64,000 nt of DNA, taken from IMG/VR virus record IMGVR_UViG_3300025876_000005, positions 1 to 64,000 of that record. One strand, given 5' to 3'. Below the pieces are notes generated by a model. That model worked only from the letters and a program-made list of their open reading frames with translations. It was not told the origin of the DNA and did no database searches. This stretch comes from a virus. Positions 45,021-57,300 of the stretch are shown here, one piece after another (within the stretch, counting starts at the first letter, position 1; the number at the start of each line of letters is the position of its first letter). A program made the translations under genes and the position numbers.

Positions 45021-45587
45021 ATGGCAAACATTACACAAATCTTAGGAACAGATTCTATCTCATCTTCTAGGCCAGTTATTAATAGTAACTTCCAGCTGGT
45101 GAATGATGATATTGCTGATCTACAGGCACTTCTAGATCCTACAAATGCTACTATTCAGAATATTTCATCTGCAACAGTACAAAGCTTGACAGTACTTAAC
45201 GGTACAACAAACATTGCTACATTTACAGCATCCGGTATTGATTTAGACGTTGATGTTGAATTTGCTGCAAGAACTACGATGGCCGGTGAAATTGTAAAGC
45301 CTGGTGTTGAAGGTAGCGCTGTAGTTCCAACTGCAACAACGTCTCCGGGCTCTTTAGCCGAGTCAGCTTATTTTGTAAATACGGCATTCTTGTTACCGGC
45401 AGGTATCGAGGGTCAAGAAGTAACCATTATCAACGTTAATACTAGTGCTGTTACAGTTGGTGTTCAAGCAGGATCAACTTTAGGAGCAACTTCTATTAGC
45501 TTAGATGGACAGAACTCAACAGTAACATTAAGATACATCGGTACAGTTTGGTATGTGATCTCATCACACGCTGCAACTATATCGTAA
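45021..45587 (+). CDS. Putative virion structural protein
   Basis: I.GTDSISSSR.VINSNF N-terminal motif typical of fibre/baseplate attachment; T/S/A-rich. Confidence 0.5.
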   Translation: MANITQILGTDSISSSRPVINSNFQLVNDDIADLQALLDPTNATIQNISSATVQSLTVLNGTTNIATFTASGIDLDVDVEFAARTTMAGEIVKPGVEGSAVVPTATTSPGSLAESAYFVNTAFLLPAGIEGQEVTIINVNTSAVTVGVQAGSTLGATSISLDGQNSTVTLRYIGTVWYVISSHAATIS

Positions 45588-45609
45588 GCAATAAATTAAA
45601 AGAATATAA

Positions 45610-47544
45610 ATGGCAACTCCGTTAGTTAGAATACCTCAACCAAGAGGCGGCACGATGTACGCTTTTGCGTCTTCTGCTAGAGATATGACTAGGGCGTTCA
45701 ATAACCCTGACCTGAACTTTGAGTTCAGCCGTTATGCGTTATTGGATTTACCTGACTTTACACAATCCACAAATGGTGCAAATACAATTGACTTTAGTTT
45801 AAACCTGGTTAATGCATCTGGAAGTGCTTATTCTGCCGGCGCGCCAAACATTGATTTTGCACAGACTTTTCAGAATTATACATTAAATGCTGAAGAGCTC
45901 TTATTACAAGATGACGATTACGATCCAATAATTCTACAGTCAGATGCTGAAAAATTATTCTTTAAATGGTTAAGCAATCTAGGTGCGATTAGATTTAGAA
46001 CTGCTGATTCAAACGAGGCTACAATCGGCGCTCTAACCGAAGAGAACAATTCAATTCAGACTGGTGCTGTTTATGATCGAGTAGTTAAGTACATTGGTAC
46101 AATTGACGCTGAGAACGATATTGCATATAAAGGTAATGCATATCATGAAGTTTACATTAACGTGCCAACTTCAGTAGGTTCAACGCCAACTGTTCTTTTC
46201 CAGCCTAGACAATATAACACAACAGCAACCAAACTCTATGCTGATAATGTAATTGAAGGCAGATCGGGTCAAAACCACCCAGATCCAAACATCAACTTAT
46301 TATCAGTTGTAGATACTTACGACGTAGGCACAGGTGAGGCCTATTACAATATTAATCCAAATGCAACCGATAGCGTACAAATTGTTTTTAACGATACCTC
46401 ATATGCTCAGATTACAAATGTATCTGATGTTGAGAATTTATTAGACTTTGCTAAAACAGGCCAGCAGTTTACTTTCAATGCCATTTTGGTTTACTATGAC
46501 TTATATAGCGCTTCTAATCCTTCACAAAGGGCGACTAACTTATATGGTATTCTAATCTTAGATGAAATTCAGTCCACTGGCGGAACTGGTTCTAAGATTC
46601 ACGAGCAGATTAAATTTAAACCGAATGAAGTAACAGGACTTAACGGTAATGCCTTCTCTTTGAAGCTTAACCTTAAGTTTAACTCTTCTCTAGATAACGT
46701 TGGTGTTGAGACTTCAGTAAATGACTTTACTACATTCTCAATGGATCTGTTTATGGATACGACGACTGCTCTTGAGAATGCAACTGAGTTATTAATTGAA
46801 GCTAACAGAAGATATGGTTATCTAGCAGAGAGGCTGGATAGCGTAGAGAATCTAGTAGTTGGTAGTCAAGAGAATGATGAACTAGTTGCTAGAATAGCTG
46901 AGGTTGAAGAGCAGATGCAGAATGCATCTCTACAGCTACAAGACTCAGATTCTCTGTTACAACTTATTACTAAAGCACACGACCGTATCAATTCAATGAT
47001 TGACGGTACTATCCCAACTGAGATCCAATATAATACTGACGTAATCTTTGCTGGTGCAGGTACAAGAATTGATAAGTCTAATCCTGAAAAGATTAAGATT
47101 ATAAATGATGTAAACGGATACTCTATCACACCTGCATTTACATGGGATCAAGTTGGTACTCCGACCTTGATTACTACTAGCAGTCCGTTTGACGTTGGTG
47201 CATCAGGCCAAGGCGCTCAAGCTTTTGGTATTTATGCTAAATTAGCAAACTATACAAATAGGCTAAGTTTACAGAACTTATTAACCAATGACCCTAATGA
47301 TGATCTAGATATATACATTGACGATGGTTCATTTGCATGGAAAGCTGGTCAATTATTTAAGATCTCTTTCGATACAATAAACATGGGTGGTAACTCAATT
47401 AACATATATACGGGCCGCGCTACTGGGTACGATAAGACAATTGCAACTCTACAGCCGGTACAGCTTATTAGTGATAAGCCATATATTGAGGTTGTGTGTA
47501 TCGACCCTATAAACTACATTTTTGAAGTGGATATATTAAGATAA
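45610..47544 (+). CDS. Putative virion structural protein
   Basis: 644 aa, central coiled coil, tail-module context. Confidence 0.5.
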   Translation: MATPLVRIPQPRGGTMYAFASSARDMTRAFNNPDLNFEFSRYALLDLPDFTQSTNGANTIDFSLNLVNASGSAYSAGAPNIDFAQTFQNYTLNAEELLLQDDDYDPIILQSDAEKLFFKWLSNLGAIRFRTADSNEATIGALTEENNSIQTGAVYDRVVKYIGTIDAENDIAYKGNAYHEVYINVPTSVGSTPTVLFQPRQYNTTATKLYADNVIEGRSGQNHPDPNINLLSVVDTYDVGTGEAYYNINPNATDSVQIVFNDTSYAQITNVSDVENLLDFAKTGQQFTFNAILVYYDLYSASNPSQRATNLYGILILDEIQSTGGTGSKIHEQIKFKPNEVTGLNGNAFSLKLNLKFNSSLDNVGVETSVNDFTTFSMDLFMDTTTALENATELLIEANRRYGYLAERLDSVENLVVGSQENDELVARIAEVEEQMQNASLQLQDSDSLLQLITKAHDRINSMIDGTIPTEIQYNTDVIFAGAGTRIDKSNPEKIKIINDVNGYSITPAFTWDQVGTPTLITTSSPFDVGASGQGAQAFGIYAKLANYTNRLSLQNLLTNDPNDDLDIYIDDGSFAWKAGQLFKISFDTINMGGNSINIYTGRATGYDKTIATLQPVQLISDKPYIEVVCIDPINYIFEVDILR

Positions 47545-47545
47545 G

Positions 47546-50500
47546 ATGAATACAAATAACTCAATTTCTAGCACGGTTAAGAAACTTCTCGAGATCAATA
47601 CTAACTCGTTGAAGACCTTCGAACGTATAAACGAAGCGATTACAACACAAGAGAAGAACGTGCCACTTGAAATCTTAAACGGTGAAGGTGGGACAACAAC
47701 TGTTTATGTGCCTTCTTTTGGCTACATGAAACGTGAACTTGAGCGTTTAGATACTAATCTTAAAGCCCTAAGCGGTCTTGGTAAAGGCAATACTAAAGTA
47801 AGGCTTTCAGATGGTACTTACCAAAATGTAATTACATCTAGACTTAAGAGCCCTGCAAACGATATTAGAACTTTTACAAAGCCGGATCAATTTAAGGTAA
47901 AGTCTAACTACTTTTTTGAAGACTTTTTGAACCCGCTTTTATCAGTTTCATTTAATGTTACAAATCAAATTCCAAGCGATACCGAGCGAGTTCTTGTAAA
48001 AAGAATTCTTTTTGACAATACTAGCCAGGCTGCTGTTGACTTCTTTAACGAGAACTTCTTAAACCAAGAAGAAATTGACCATGCACAGGCAATTAGAGAT
48101 ATTGCTAACAATAACATTTCATATCAAGTTGACGAAGAATTAAGAGACATGCCTTATCAGAGTGTTCTCTACTTTGGTTCTTTCGACGTTTTAGCAATAA
48201 ATGACTCTAAGAGAACAGTAACTATTGACGGTCAGACTAAAAGAAAGGCAGTTAAAAGATACCGCCTAGACAAGCTAACATATACAGATTCTAACAAAGA
48301 CGTTAAAGATACCGAGGTCTTAAAAGAAGGTGATGAACTTATCGTTAATACTGGTAAGATGACCACTAAATATAAGGCTACTAGAGTAGACAGTTCGACA
48401 AGAGAGGTTGAACTAGAGCTTGTAGAAGGCTTTGAGGCTATTAGGATTGGCGCTAACGCACTTAAAATTTATAAGAATACAAACATTCAGCTGAATGTAG
48501 AAATCAACGTAGGGTTCAACGAACGCGTCCTAGTGTTTGTTAAAGCAATTGACCCGGATTCTAAAATTCTAGCTGAGAACTGGTCACCTGGTGTTGGCTT
48601 TTATACTAATGACCTGAGTAGAGTTGATGAGGACGGAAACGTTATAACTCTTGCAAATTATTACAAAGAAGAAGTTGCTGACTTTGGTCAATTTATCAGA
48701 GCACTAAAAGAGGACTCAATACCACCTTCAACTGAGGGTATTACGCCAGATGCTCCAACAATTGACGCTGCAAACTTTAGTGTTGTACAAATTAACAGAC
48801 ACTTAACTGATAATGATGCTGCTAACAAGATTAAGCAGTTGTCAAGAGATAAAGTTGCAGTAGAGGAGGCAATCAAGAAATTAGACGATACAATCGTTAA
48901 GAAGAGATCTGAAATCGCGACTAAAAAATACACGTCGCAGATTGAGTCTGATAAAGACAGAAACCAGTTAGCGAGCTTAGTTGAGCAGCGAACTTCTGAA
49001 ACTAGACTCTACGGTTCTATTGTAAACCAGGTTCAAAGCCTTTCTTCAGATACTAATGTTACTAACGTAACTCCTAAATTTAGAATTAGAGGTTTCTGGT
49101 CTATTCCAGCCGATAAAAAGGTTGCTTCAACCACAGATCAAAGAGTTGTACAATTTGTTATTCAGTACAGATACCTTTCAACTAGCGGTAAAGCACCTGA
49201 AGTTTCTCAGTTGACCTTTACCGAAGATGCTAGAGAGAAAACAGCAGTCTTCTCAAACTGGAATGAAGTTAAAACACCAGTTAGAGAAAGAGCTAAAGAT
49301 CCAGTAAGTGGAAAGTTTGTATGGCAAGACTCTTTAATAGAGGACGGTCAGAAAGTTAACTTTAACCAGCTTGACATTCCTATTCAACAAGGTGAAATCG
49401 TTGAGTTTAGAATCAAGTCTGTTTCTGAAGCTGGCTTCCCAGCTAATCCAATCATGTCAGACTGGTCAGCTCCGATTACAATTGCGTTCCCAGATGCTGA
49501 GTTAGACACGACTGATCTACAAGATATTGTTGATCTAAACAAAACAGAGTTAACAAGTGTCAGACTAGCAGAAGAGCTAGACTCTAAAGGAGTTTACACA
49601 CATGTTGGCGACTCATTTACTGCTAACGAGAGCTACTATGCGCACGTTGCAACTAATCTGGCTTCGGGCTTTTTATCACCTGAACAAAAGCCAATTTCAG
49701 TTTACGATAAACTGGCTGAACTACAGCAGAAAATTGAAGCGCTACAACAACAAATTGAAAATGCCAAAGGTGAACTTCTAGTTAAACTTATTGCTGAAGA
49801 CGGTACAGTAACTATTATTAACAAGAATACTAATAATAAGATCTTTGCTGGCTATTACGTAGATGAGGTTGCTGAAATTTCAATTAAGAAAGGCCACATT
49901 GTAACTAAGACATTTAAACTCCTACTTGAGAATACTAAAGCAACTCAACTTGAATTAATTTCGAGAATTGCCGGTGAAAGAACAAAACCAGCTTACAGAT
50001 CTTCTGCAAGTGGTTCTGTTGCAGGTATACATAGCTTTGGTAACGTAAGTAACGACCAGGGTACTAATGATGTTGATGATAAGATAGTATCAGACATTTA
50101 TTACACAAGCAAAGGTAAATATGATCTTGCGCCTATTCTTTACCAAAACTTAACAGGTACCGAATTAACAAGATATGATCTATTACAACCAGCGCCATAT
50201 CAGTCTGCTCAGAGAAGAGGTCAATTCATTTACTCAAGGTATATGGATATTGCTAACGTTGAGCCTCTGTATGCAGTGAATGCGGTGACAAACCAGCAAA
50301 TTTCAAGCACTAACTTTAGATACTATGAACATACGTTAAGTTACGGTACGTTTGAGGGTAGTGATGCTAACTTCTTAACGCCTGATGGCGATGCTGATTC
50401 AACTAATTATATTTGGGCAGGTTCTTTCGGTAGATACTGGTCTTCATCACAGCAGACCCCACCACTGATTCAATTCCAAGAATGGGGCGGTTACGACCCG

Positions 50501-51301
50501 GAAGCAGTTGACTGTACTGCAATTACAAGTATTAATACCACTACATACAACAATGGTATCTTTATGCATAAGGACCATCCAGATATTGAAACTTTCTTTG
50601 GGTCAACATATCCACAGGCCAATTCAGATCCATCAGATTTAAAGGATAGCGAACAGGTGCAAGCGCTACAAGCTATTGTAGACAGTGGTATCTACACAAT
50701 GCCGATTACAGCTAATATACCGAACGGTGCTCTAACCAGTACGCATTTAGGTTTAACAGGTTATGCTCTAAAACAATTAGGCTTTAGAGATACTAACAAC
50801 ATGATTACGGCTGACAGAAGAACGTTTAAAATGTCTTTCGATGCCAATGATCAGTATCTACTAGGAGGTCGCTCTTGTGGTGCTTTCTTATACATGTCGC
50901 CAATTAACTTATTCTCACTTTCAATTGATGGTGATAATGATCTTTCTAGAAAACACTTAAATCAGGGTGATGCTAATGCTATTGCAGTTGATATTGTATT
51001 CCAGTACAGAATGACTGATTACGCCGGTAACGATACTACGACCGATATTGGTAACATTGCAGGTTTAAGAGGTTCTAGTGTTTCTAACGTTACGTATTCT
51101 AAGAAAATTGGATTAGATATATTCGACGAAGGTGACGATCAATTCTCATTTGACTTAGAAGTATTTGCTAAATACTCAGCAAAAGGTAGCAATATTAACT
51201 CGATTAAGGCTGCTCAGCTAGTTGCAAATACGGCTGTTGGTAATGATGTTTCGGCTGCATCTCCAATCTCACCACTAGGCTTTACTCTTTACTCTAGTTA
51301 A
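47546..51301 (+). CDS. Large putative virion structural protein (coiled coils, beta-sandwich segments)
   Basis: 1251-aa ORF; EFRIKSVSEAG.P.NP..SDWS FN3-like segment. Confidence 0.5.
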   Translation: MNTNNSISSTVKKLLEINTNSLKTFERINEAITTQEKNVPLEILNGEGGTTTVYVPSFGYMKRELERLDTNLKALSGLGKGNTKVRLSDGTYQNVITSRLKSPANDIRTFTKPDQFKVKSNYFFEDFLNPLLSVSFNVTNQIPSDTERVLVKRILFDNTSQAAVDFFNENFLNQEEIDHAQAIRDIANNNISYQVDEELRDMPYQSVLYFGSFDVLAINDSKRTVTIDGQTKRKAVKRYRLDKLTYTDSNKDVKDTEVLKEGDELIVNTGKMTTKYKATRVDSSTREVELELVEGFEAIRIGANALKIYKNTNIQLNVEINVGFNERVLVFVKAIDPDSKILAENWSPGVGFYTNDLSRVDEDGNVITLANYYKEEVADFGQFIRALKEDSIPPSTEGITPDAPTIDAANFSVVQINRHLTDNDAANKIKQLSRDKVAVEEAIKKLDDTIVKKRSEIATKKYTSQIESDKDRNQLASLVEQRTSETRLYGSIVNQVQSLSSDTNVTNVTPKFRIRGFWSIPADKKVASTTDQRVVQFVIQYRYLSTSGKAPEVSQLTFTEDAREKTAVFSNWNEVKTPVRERAKDPVSGKFVWQDSLIEDGQKVNFNQLDIPIQQGEIVEFRIKSVSEAGFPANPIMSDWSAPITIAFPDAELDTTDLQDIVDLNKTELTSVRLAEELDSKGVYTHVGDSFTANESYYAHVATNLASGFLSPEQKPISVYDKLAELQQKIEALQQQIENAKGELLVKLIAEDGTVTIINKNTNNKIFAGYYVDEVAEISIKKGHIVTKTFKLLLENTKATQLELISRIAGERTKPAYRSSASGSVAGIHSFGNVSNDQGTNDVDDKIVSDIYYTSKGKYDLAPILYQNLTGTELTRYDLLQPAPYQSAQRRGQFIYSRYMDIANVEPLYAVNAVTNQQISSTNFRYYEHTLSYGTFEGSDANFLTPDGDADSTNYIWAGSFGRYWSSSQQTPPLIQFQEWGGYDPEAVDCTAITSINTTTYNNGIFMHKDHPDIETFFGSTYPQANSDPSDLKDSEQVQALQAIVDSGIYTMPITANIPNGALTSTHLGLTGYALKQLGFRDTNNMITADRRTFKMSFDANDQYLLGGRSCGAFLYMSPINLFSLSIDGDNDLSRKHLNQGDANAIAVDIVFQYRMTDYAGNDTTTDIGNIAGLRGSSVSNVTYSKKIGLDIFDEGDDQFSFDLEVFAKYSAKGSNINSIKAAQLVANTAVGNDVSAASPISPLGFTLYSS

Positions 51302-51370
51302 ACTTGTTTATCTCAAGTTTCAGTCTATGATATATAGATTGCAGAAGCTATATAAAAAAGAAGGCAATAG

Positions 51371-54300
51371 ATGGCATTACAATCAATTAACTTATATTCT
51401 AAAACTGGAATAACTAATCCATGTACTGGTGGTGGTCAGGGTACATTAGGCGTTTTCTATTGGGATGACGATGATGGCTCCAGCGGTAGTCTAACACCGA
51501 ACTCTTTAGACACTATTGTAAGTAATAGTAAGGAGATCTATAATGATAGCTTATTTCAAAGTTTAGCACAGGATGGTTGGTATGCTGAGTCTCTCTTTCC
51601 TGGTCAAAATCAAGTTGATGTGTATCAGTTTCAGAGTGGTAGCTGGGGGAGTTATACGCAATGTCAACCTTCTGCTACAGCTTCAATTACAGTTTATTAT
51701 AAAGACCCTAATCAATTAGACCCTAGTGTAGGTCCTGATGACACTAATCCTTGTGACCCTAATGTCAGCGCATCCCAGGAAACAATCTACTATGACTCTA
51801 CTGCCCAAGGTGGAGTAGGCTTTGGTTTAACTCTAGCACAGGCTATTCAGTACAACGTAGGCGTTTTTTATGATTTTAGTCTGAGTCAACAACTAGATGA
51901 CGGTTGGTACGCTGACGATGATTTTCCAGATTCTGTAAATGATGTAAACGTTTATCTTTTTTTAGGAGGCGCTCATTATTCAAATCTAAATACTAACGGT
52001 TATATTATATGCCAATCAACGGGAGGGACCTCTACAACTAGTGGAACTAGTGGAACTAGTGGAACTAGTGGAAGTTCTGGGACTGCAGGTGCTTTTTCAT
52101 TAAGAGTAACCGCAGCAGAAGCAGCGCCTTTTTTATGCCAAGATGTCACAGATGATGATCCCGATTCAACAATTCCTTTCTATACTATACACTATTGGAC
52201 ATCTAGTGGTCCTTTAACACTAGCTCAAGTAGCTGATGCAAATATACCTATTTTCTCAGATGAGAATAGTGCTGTTGACTACGGCCTTCGTGTTCAGAGT
52301 GGAGTTACACCAACGTACAGTGGTATTATTAAGTTTAGTGGTTACTTTAGAGAATTTAAGCAGAGAGGTATATTCTATTGGGAATTTAATGACTCTAATC
52401 CGGCGAATTCTAAGTGGAGGAGCGAGTTACAAGATGATTGTCCGCCTATTCCAGAACCACAAGCATGGCCTATAACACTTTACCATGATAACACTTTGTC
52501 TAATCCAGATAGTATTTCAGAATACTGCTGTAGCAATAATTCAACTTCAGCAGTGTGGTATTACTGGAGTGTAAATCCTTATCCAAATCTATTAACTTTA
52601 GCTAATGCTGGTATTTTACTCTACAATACTGCAAATGCAGCTGAAATTTCTTTATTTCCTGAACTTATCCCATTTGGTATATGGGGAGATGACACTGGCA
52701 TTGGCACTGATAAACTGCTTAAATTTAGACCTAATGATGATCTTCAACCAACATGGTTCGGCCTAGACGATAGTGATACGGAGACAGAGAGCCCTAACAT
52801 CACACAATATTTTAACTGTGGTTATTTTACTCAGCCTGCTGGTAGCCCGAATACCAACATACAGAGTACAAGTCCTTTTGCGAACAAAGTATTTTATGCT
52901 TTTCATTCATGTGATCCAACAGCGGGCGAACATATTTTACATGTAGTCGACGGGCAGCATTTTGCTAACGTTGACAACTTTATGAGTGACTTTATAGAAA
53001 CTCTAGTAAGAACTAACCCTAAGTTGACAACTATTGAAACTGGCGTTATTGGCTGTCAAACTTACAAGCATAAAGTTATTGCAGAGAGCATCGAAGAAGC
53101 AGTGCAGCTTTTAAAAGCGGAAAAATTGAACGGTGTCAAATATTATGATGCTGTACAAGAGTCTGAGTTAAGTGATTTAGGTATTGGTGACTTTGTAACT
53201 CTTAGTATTTACGCAGACTGCTGTGATTGTATACAAAGATTAAACGATAGTAGGTATCAGTTTGGTGAAACTGGTGTTGTTCAACCAGCTGGCCTAGGGC
53301 CTAACTTTGCAGTAGAGAGAAATGCAAAGCTGGATAACGTTGCTAAACCTCTTTTAAGAACTAATCCTAAACTAACAACTAATGTTAAACTTGTTGTTAA
53401 CTCAAGAGATGAACTATATCTTGATTCGATCAGTGCAACTGATGATTTAGCATCTGCTAATTACAAGAAGTTCCCGGTTAATCCAAGAGGATCGTATGCG
53501 TATGATCTGACTAGATTCTACACTAAGAATAAAACACCGCTTGAAATAGTTTACACAACTAAGAGGCGAGATTCTGACTTCTCTGTTTTCTCTGAGTATG
53601 AGAAACAGATCGAAGAAGATTACCATTACGGTACGGCAATGAACTACTCTAAGTTATATGACGAGGAGTTTAGAATGTTTGCTCCGATCTATGTTGATCT
53701 AAATATGCCTAAGAAGTTTGTAATCTACAGGATAAACGACCCTAAGGATAGTACTTCTTTTACAGATAGTGCTCTTGGCAACGAAGCTAGAATTAAAAAG
53801 TTAATTGAGAAATCTGAGATTGTTAAGGTTTTTGATCTGACTAAAAATAGTAATATCGGTAAGTATTTAAGAAATTACGTACAGGATCAAGCCTTTCCAA
53901 AGGCTCCGATTACATTCTCATTCGAAGAGAATGAAAAGACTACATATAATGGTATTGATTTAATTAAAGGTGGTTTTACTAAGAAGGCTGAGTATATGCA
54001 TAACGATTTTATACTTAAAGATAAGCCTTTAGTAGCCGCTAATGATTTTGTTACAGATGGCTTTAGAAGAAACCATATTGCGGCTGCAAACATCATCAAC
54101 ATGGAATTCTTGTTCGATGACCCACATGCAAGTACTTATTCAGTTAACAGATATATTGGTCTTTACGTAGATGATATTGAGACTGGTTCTGGTCGAGTTT
54201 CTTCGATTAGAAATGGTAGTATTATCTTTAAGAACGTGAACTCTAACATGAGCTCTACGTTTGACTATGCGGCAATACCTTCTTATAAGATGTTAACTGA

Positions 54301-57300
54301 AATGCCAATTTTAGCATATGCTAGAACTGGCGAAAATTACTATAAGCTAGATAATACAAAGAGCTATGACCATAGTAGACTGGAGCTTAGAGTTCAGGAC
54401 TCTAGAAATGAGATCCCAACACAGCTGGGTATACAGTACAAAGGTCAAACAATTGACATAAAGGCTAATCCTAACAGGGGGTTTGACTTTATCAAAGTTA
54501 AAGTTGTCGATATTCCAAACCACAACGATAAAATTGCACTGGCTACAGTAAAGAATGAGTCTTATAGATTTACTTTTGTTAAATTTGTAGCTAATGTTAA
54601 CGTTCAGATTGATGATTCAGTTGGTAATACAATAACTTTTAACACTGGTGCTGATATTACTACAGCTCTTTCTAACGTACAAACCGCATATACAGCTCCA
54701 TTTGCTGATGTTTACAACCTTGAAATTTTAGACAATGGCTTTATCTTAACCGAGAAGTTAGCCAATCTACTTAATCTAGCACCAGAAGTTACCACATCGA
54801 ATGGTAACGTCTTTAATAGAAAGGAGATCTATACAAACGTTGAGATACCAAACAGATCTTATTATGCCGCAGATCCAAATACTGCAAGCCCGAATTACTT
54901 AACCAAAGGAACTTTCAGCGGACAATACTTTTCTGCTGCTGGTAATACTAGAGATGTCGCTATTGCTTTAACTAAGTTAATTAGAGAAAGAGGAGACTTT
55001 GATGCATTTAACATTGGTGATGAGATTTATATAAGTGTTAAGATACCGGGTTATAAAATTATGCAGCAAGCATTCTTAGTTAACAGGAATAATACACTAC
55101 CGTTCTTGGAGTTTGATGCTATTAACGTAGACTCTGATAACGAATTAGAGCTAGGAGATTTAGCTATCGGTACTTCTGGCAACTGGGATGCGTATTTCTT
55201 TAAAGGTGGTAATTTAGAGAATAAGAGTATTTTAGTGACTAAAGAAACTGCTCCAATTATAAGTGTAGGTGAGTATTTACCAACTGCATATAAGGGGCGT
55301 TATAATAGAGTCGTAGATATTGTTCAAGATATTACAGACCCTGCCGGTGATTACTTAAAGGTTATATTATCTTTGGAGAACTCAGTTAAGGATGGTGAGG
55401 TTAGAGTTTTTGTAGATAGAGACTTAACGATGGGTCTATTCTCAGCATACTCAATTTACGATATGGACTTTGACTTCCACGATACAGCTAATTCTAATCT
55501 TAAAGAATTGAATCACGAGACAATAGACCAGATAGTTTATGAACCTTATAGTGGGGTTAGTCAAAATACTAGTCCAGGAGCAGGTGACCTAATAAAAACC
55601 GATGTTCTAGATGCAGCTTACGAAATTTCACCAGATTTATATTTTGCTAATCTACAGCCTATTCTTGGCAACGAAGATATTGATGATGTTGACTTAGAAT
55701 CAATCGGAAGTGAGTACGATAGGCTTTCTGAAAATGAAATCAAAGAGTTTGCAATAGGGTCAAGAGTTGTGCCTAATATTAACAAGTGGGTTCTAAGAAA
55801 TGGAAATACTGTAAGAGAAGAGCCTTATCACTTAAACGCTAATAGTGCTTTTGGTAGAACAAACTTTGCACCGGACCTTGAAGTTACAGAACGTGATATA
55901 AAAGCATTTACTCATGAATGGTTCTATATTGAAAACTTACCAGATTATTTAAGGTTCTGGCAGATTAACAATACTTTTAGTTACATTAACTTTATTAAAG
56001 GGTTTGATCTAACTAAAGACCTATTTAAGAGAGTTGACTACGACTACTTCGATATGTTCATGGTCGGCGAAGGTCACGAAATTGATCTTTATAATGATGA
56101 TCCACTTGAACGAGATTCAAGTCTTTTCAATATTAACAGTTATGTAAAATCTAATCTACGTAAGAAATACACTATCATTGACAATGGTTCTTCTGAAACT
56201 TTTGCAAATACTATATTTAAGGGCTTAAATGTGACTCTTAAATCTAGAAAAGAGTTTGTTAATAGCGTAGCTTCAGAATTTGTAAAGAATACCGAGTTCA
56301 ACGGTTATAAGTTTAGTATAATGGTTAAGGTTAACAATCAAGCTTCTAACAATTCAATTGATTTTGAGGTTATTCAGAATAAGAAGTTTAAATTTGTAAT
56401 CTTCTATATTACGTTGAATACGGGTGATGTTTGGGCATCAGATCTAAACAGAAAGCTATTCTATGAACTTAAACACCAACTTAACTATAACACAGTTACT
56501 AATAAATACGTTTATGCTGATATAAACATTTCCGGCGCATTAGACTTAAAGGCTATTAATTTTAACGGTTTAAGTCCTTATCGAGTTTATGGTATTGACC
56601 ATGCGGATGGATCAGTTTCTAATTTTGATTCTCAAATATCTAAGAATACTTCAGGTACTTATAATAATATTGTAATTGACTTAGGTGCTATTGGTGAATA
56701 TCAAGTACAAGTCTTCTCAGTAGAATCTGATAGTGAACTTTTCATACAAGGTAGACCAACTAAAGTCGGAGGGTCTGTTAGCGACCCAGATTATTATTTA
56801 GATACAGTTGCTTTAAATATTGCTGATCTTAAGAACGCAACATATACTTATATTGGCGGTGGTTTTAACGCACAGCAATTGATACTTAATGAATTAACTG
56901 CCGGTAATGTCTCTAAAGTACTTAACAACAACGATGACAGAGTTACTTATACAACTATCGAGAGTGATGGAACTGTAAATAATAATAGGTTTACTATTAA
57001 CTTTAATGATGGTAAAGAGTTTGTTAAGAAGGTAGATCTAACCACAGTTGAAGACGTTGATAAACCGAAGAGCTATAAATTATTAAGCACTGGTGTTACA
57101 GCAAAGTTGACTATAAGCGATCCGGTCGCTGCTAAAGAGAAGTATTATGATGATTATAATAAGTCTAAGAAAACAATAGGCTATAACATCGTAGCTACTA
57201 ATCCATACTATGCATTCATGGTAAGACACTCAGGTGATTATACTATAGATCTAGAACCTGTAGTTACCTTTACGGACATTTATACACACTTTAAAACAAA

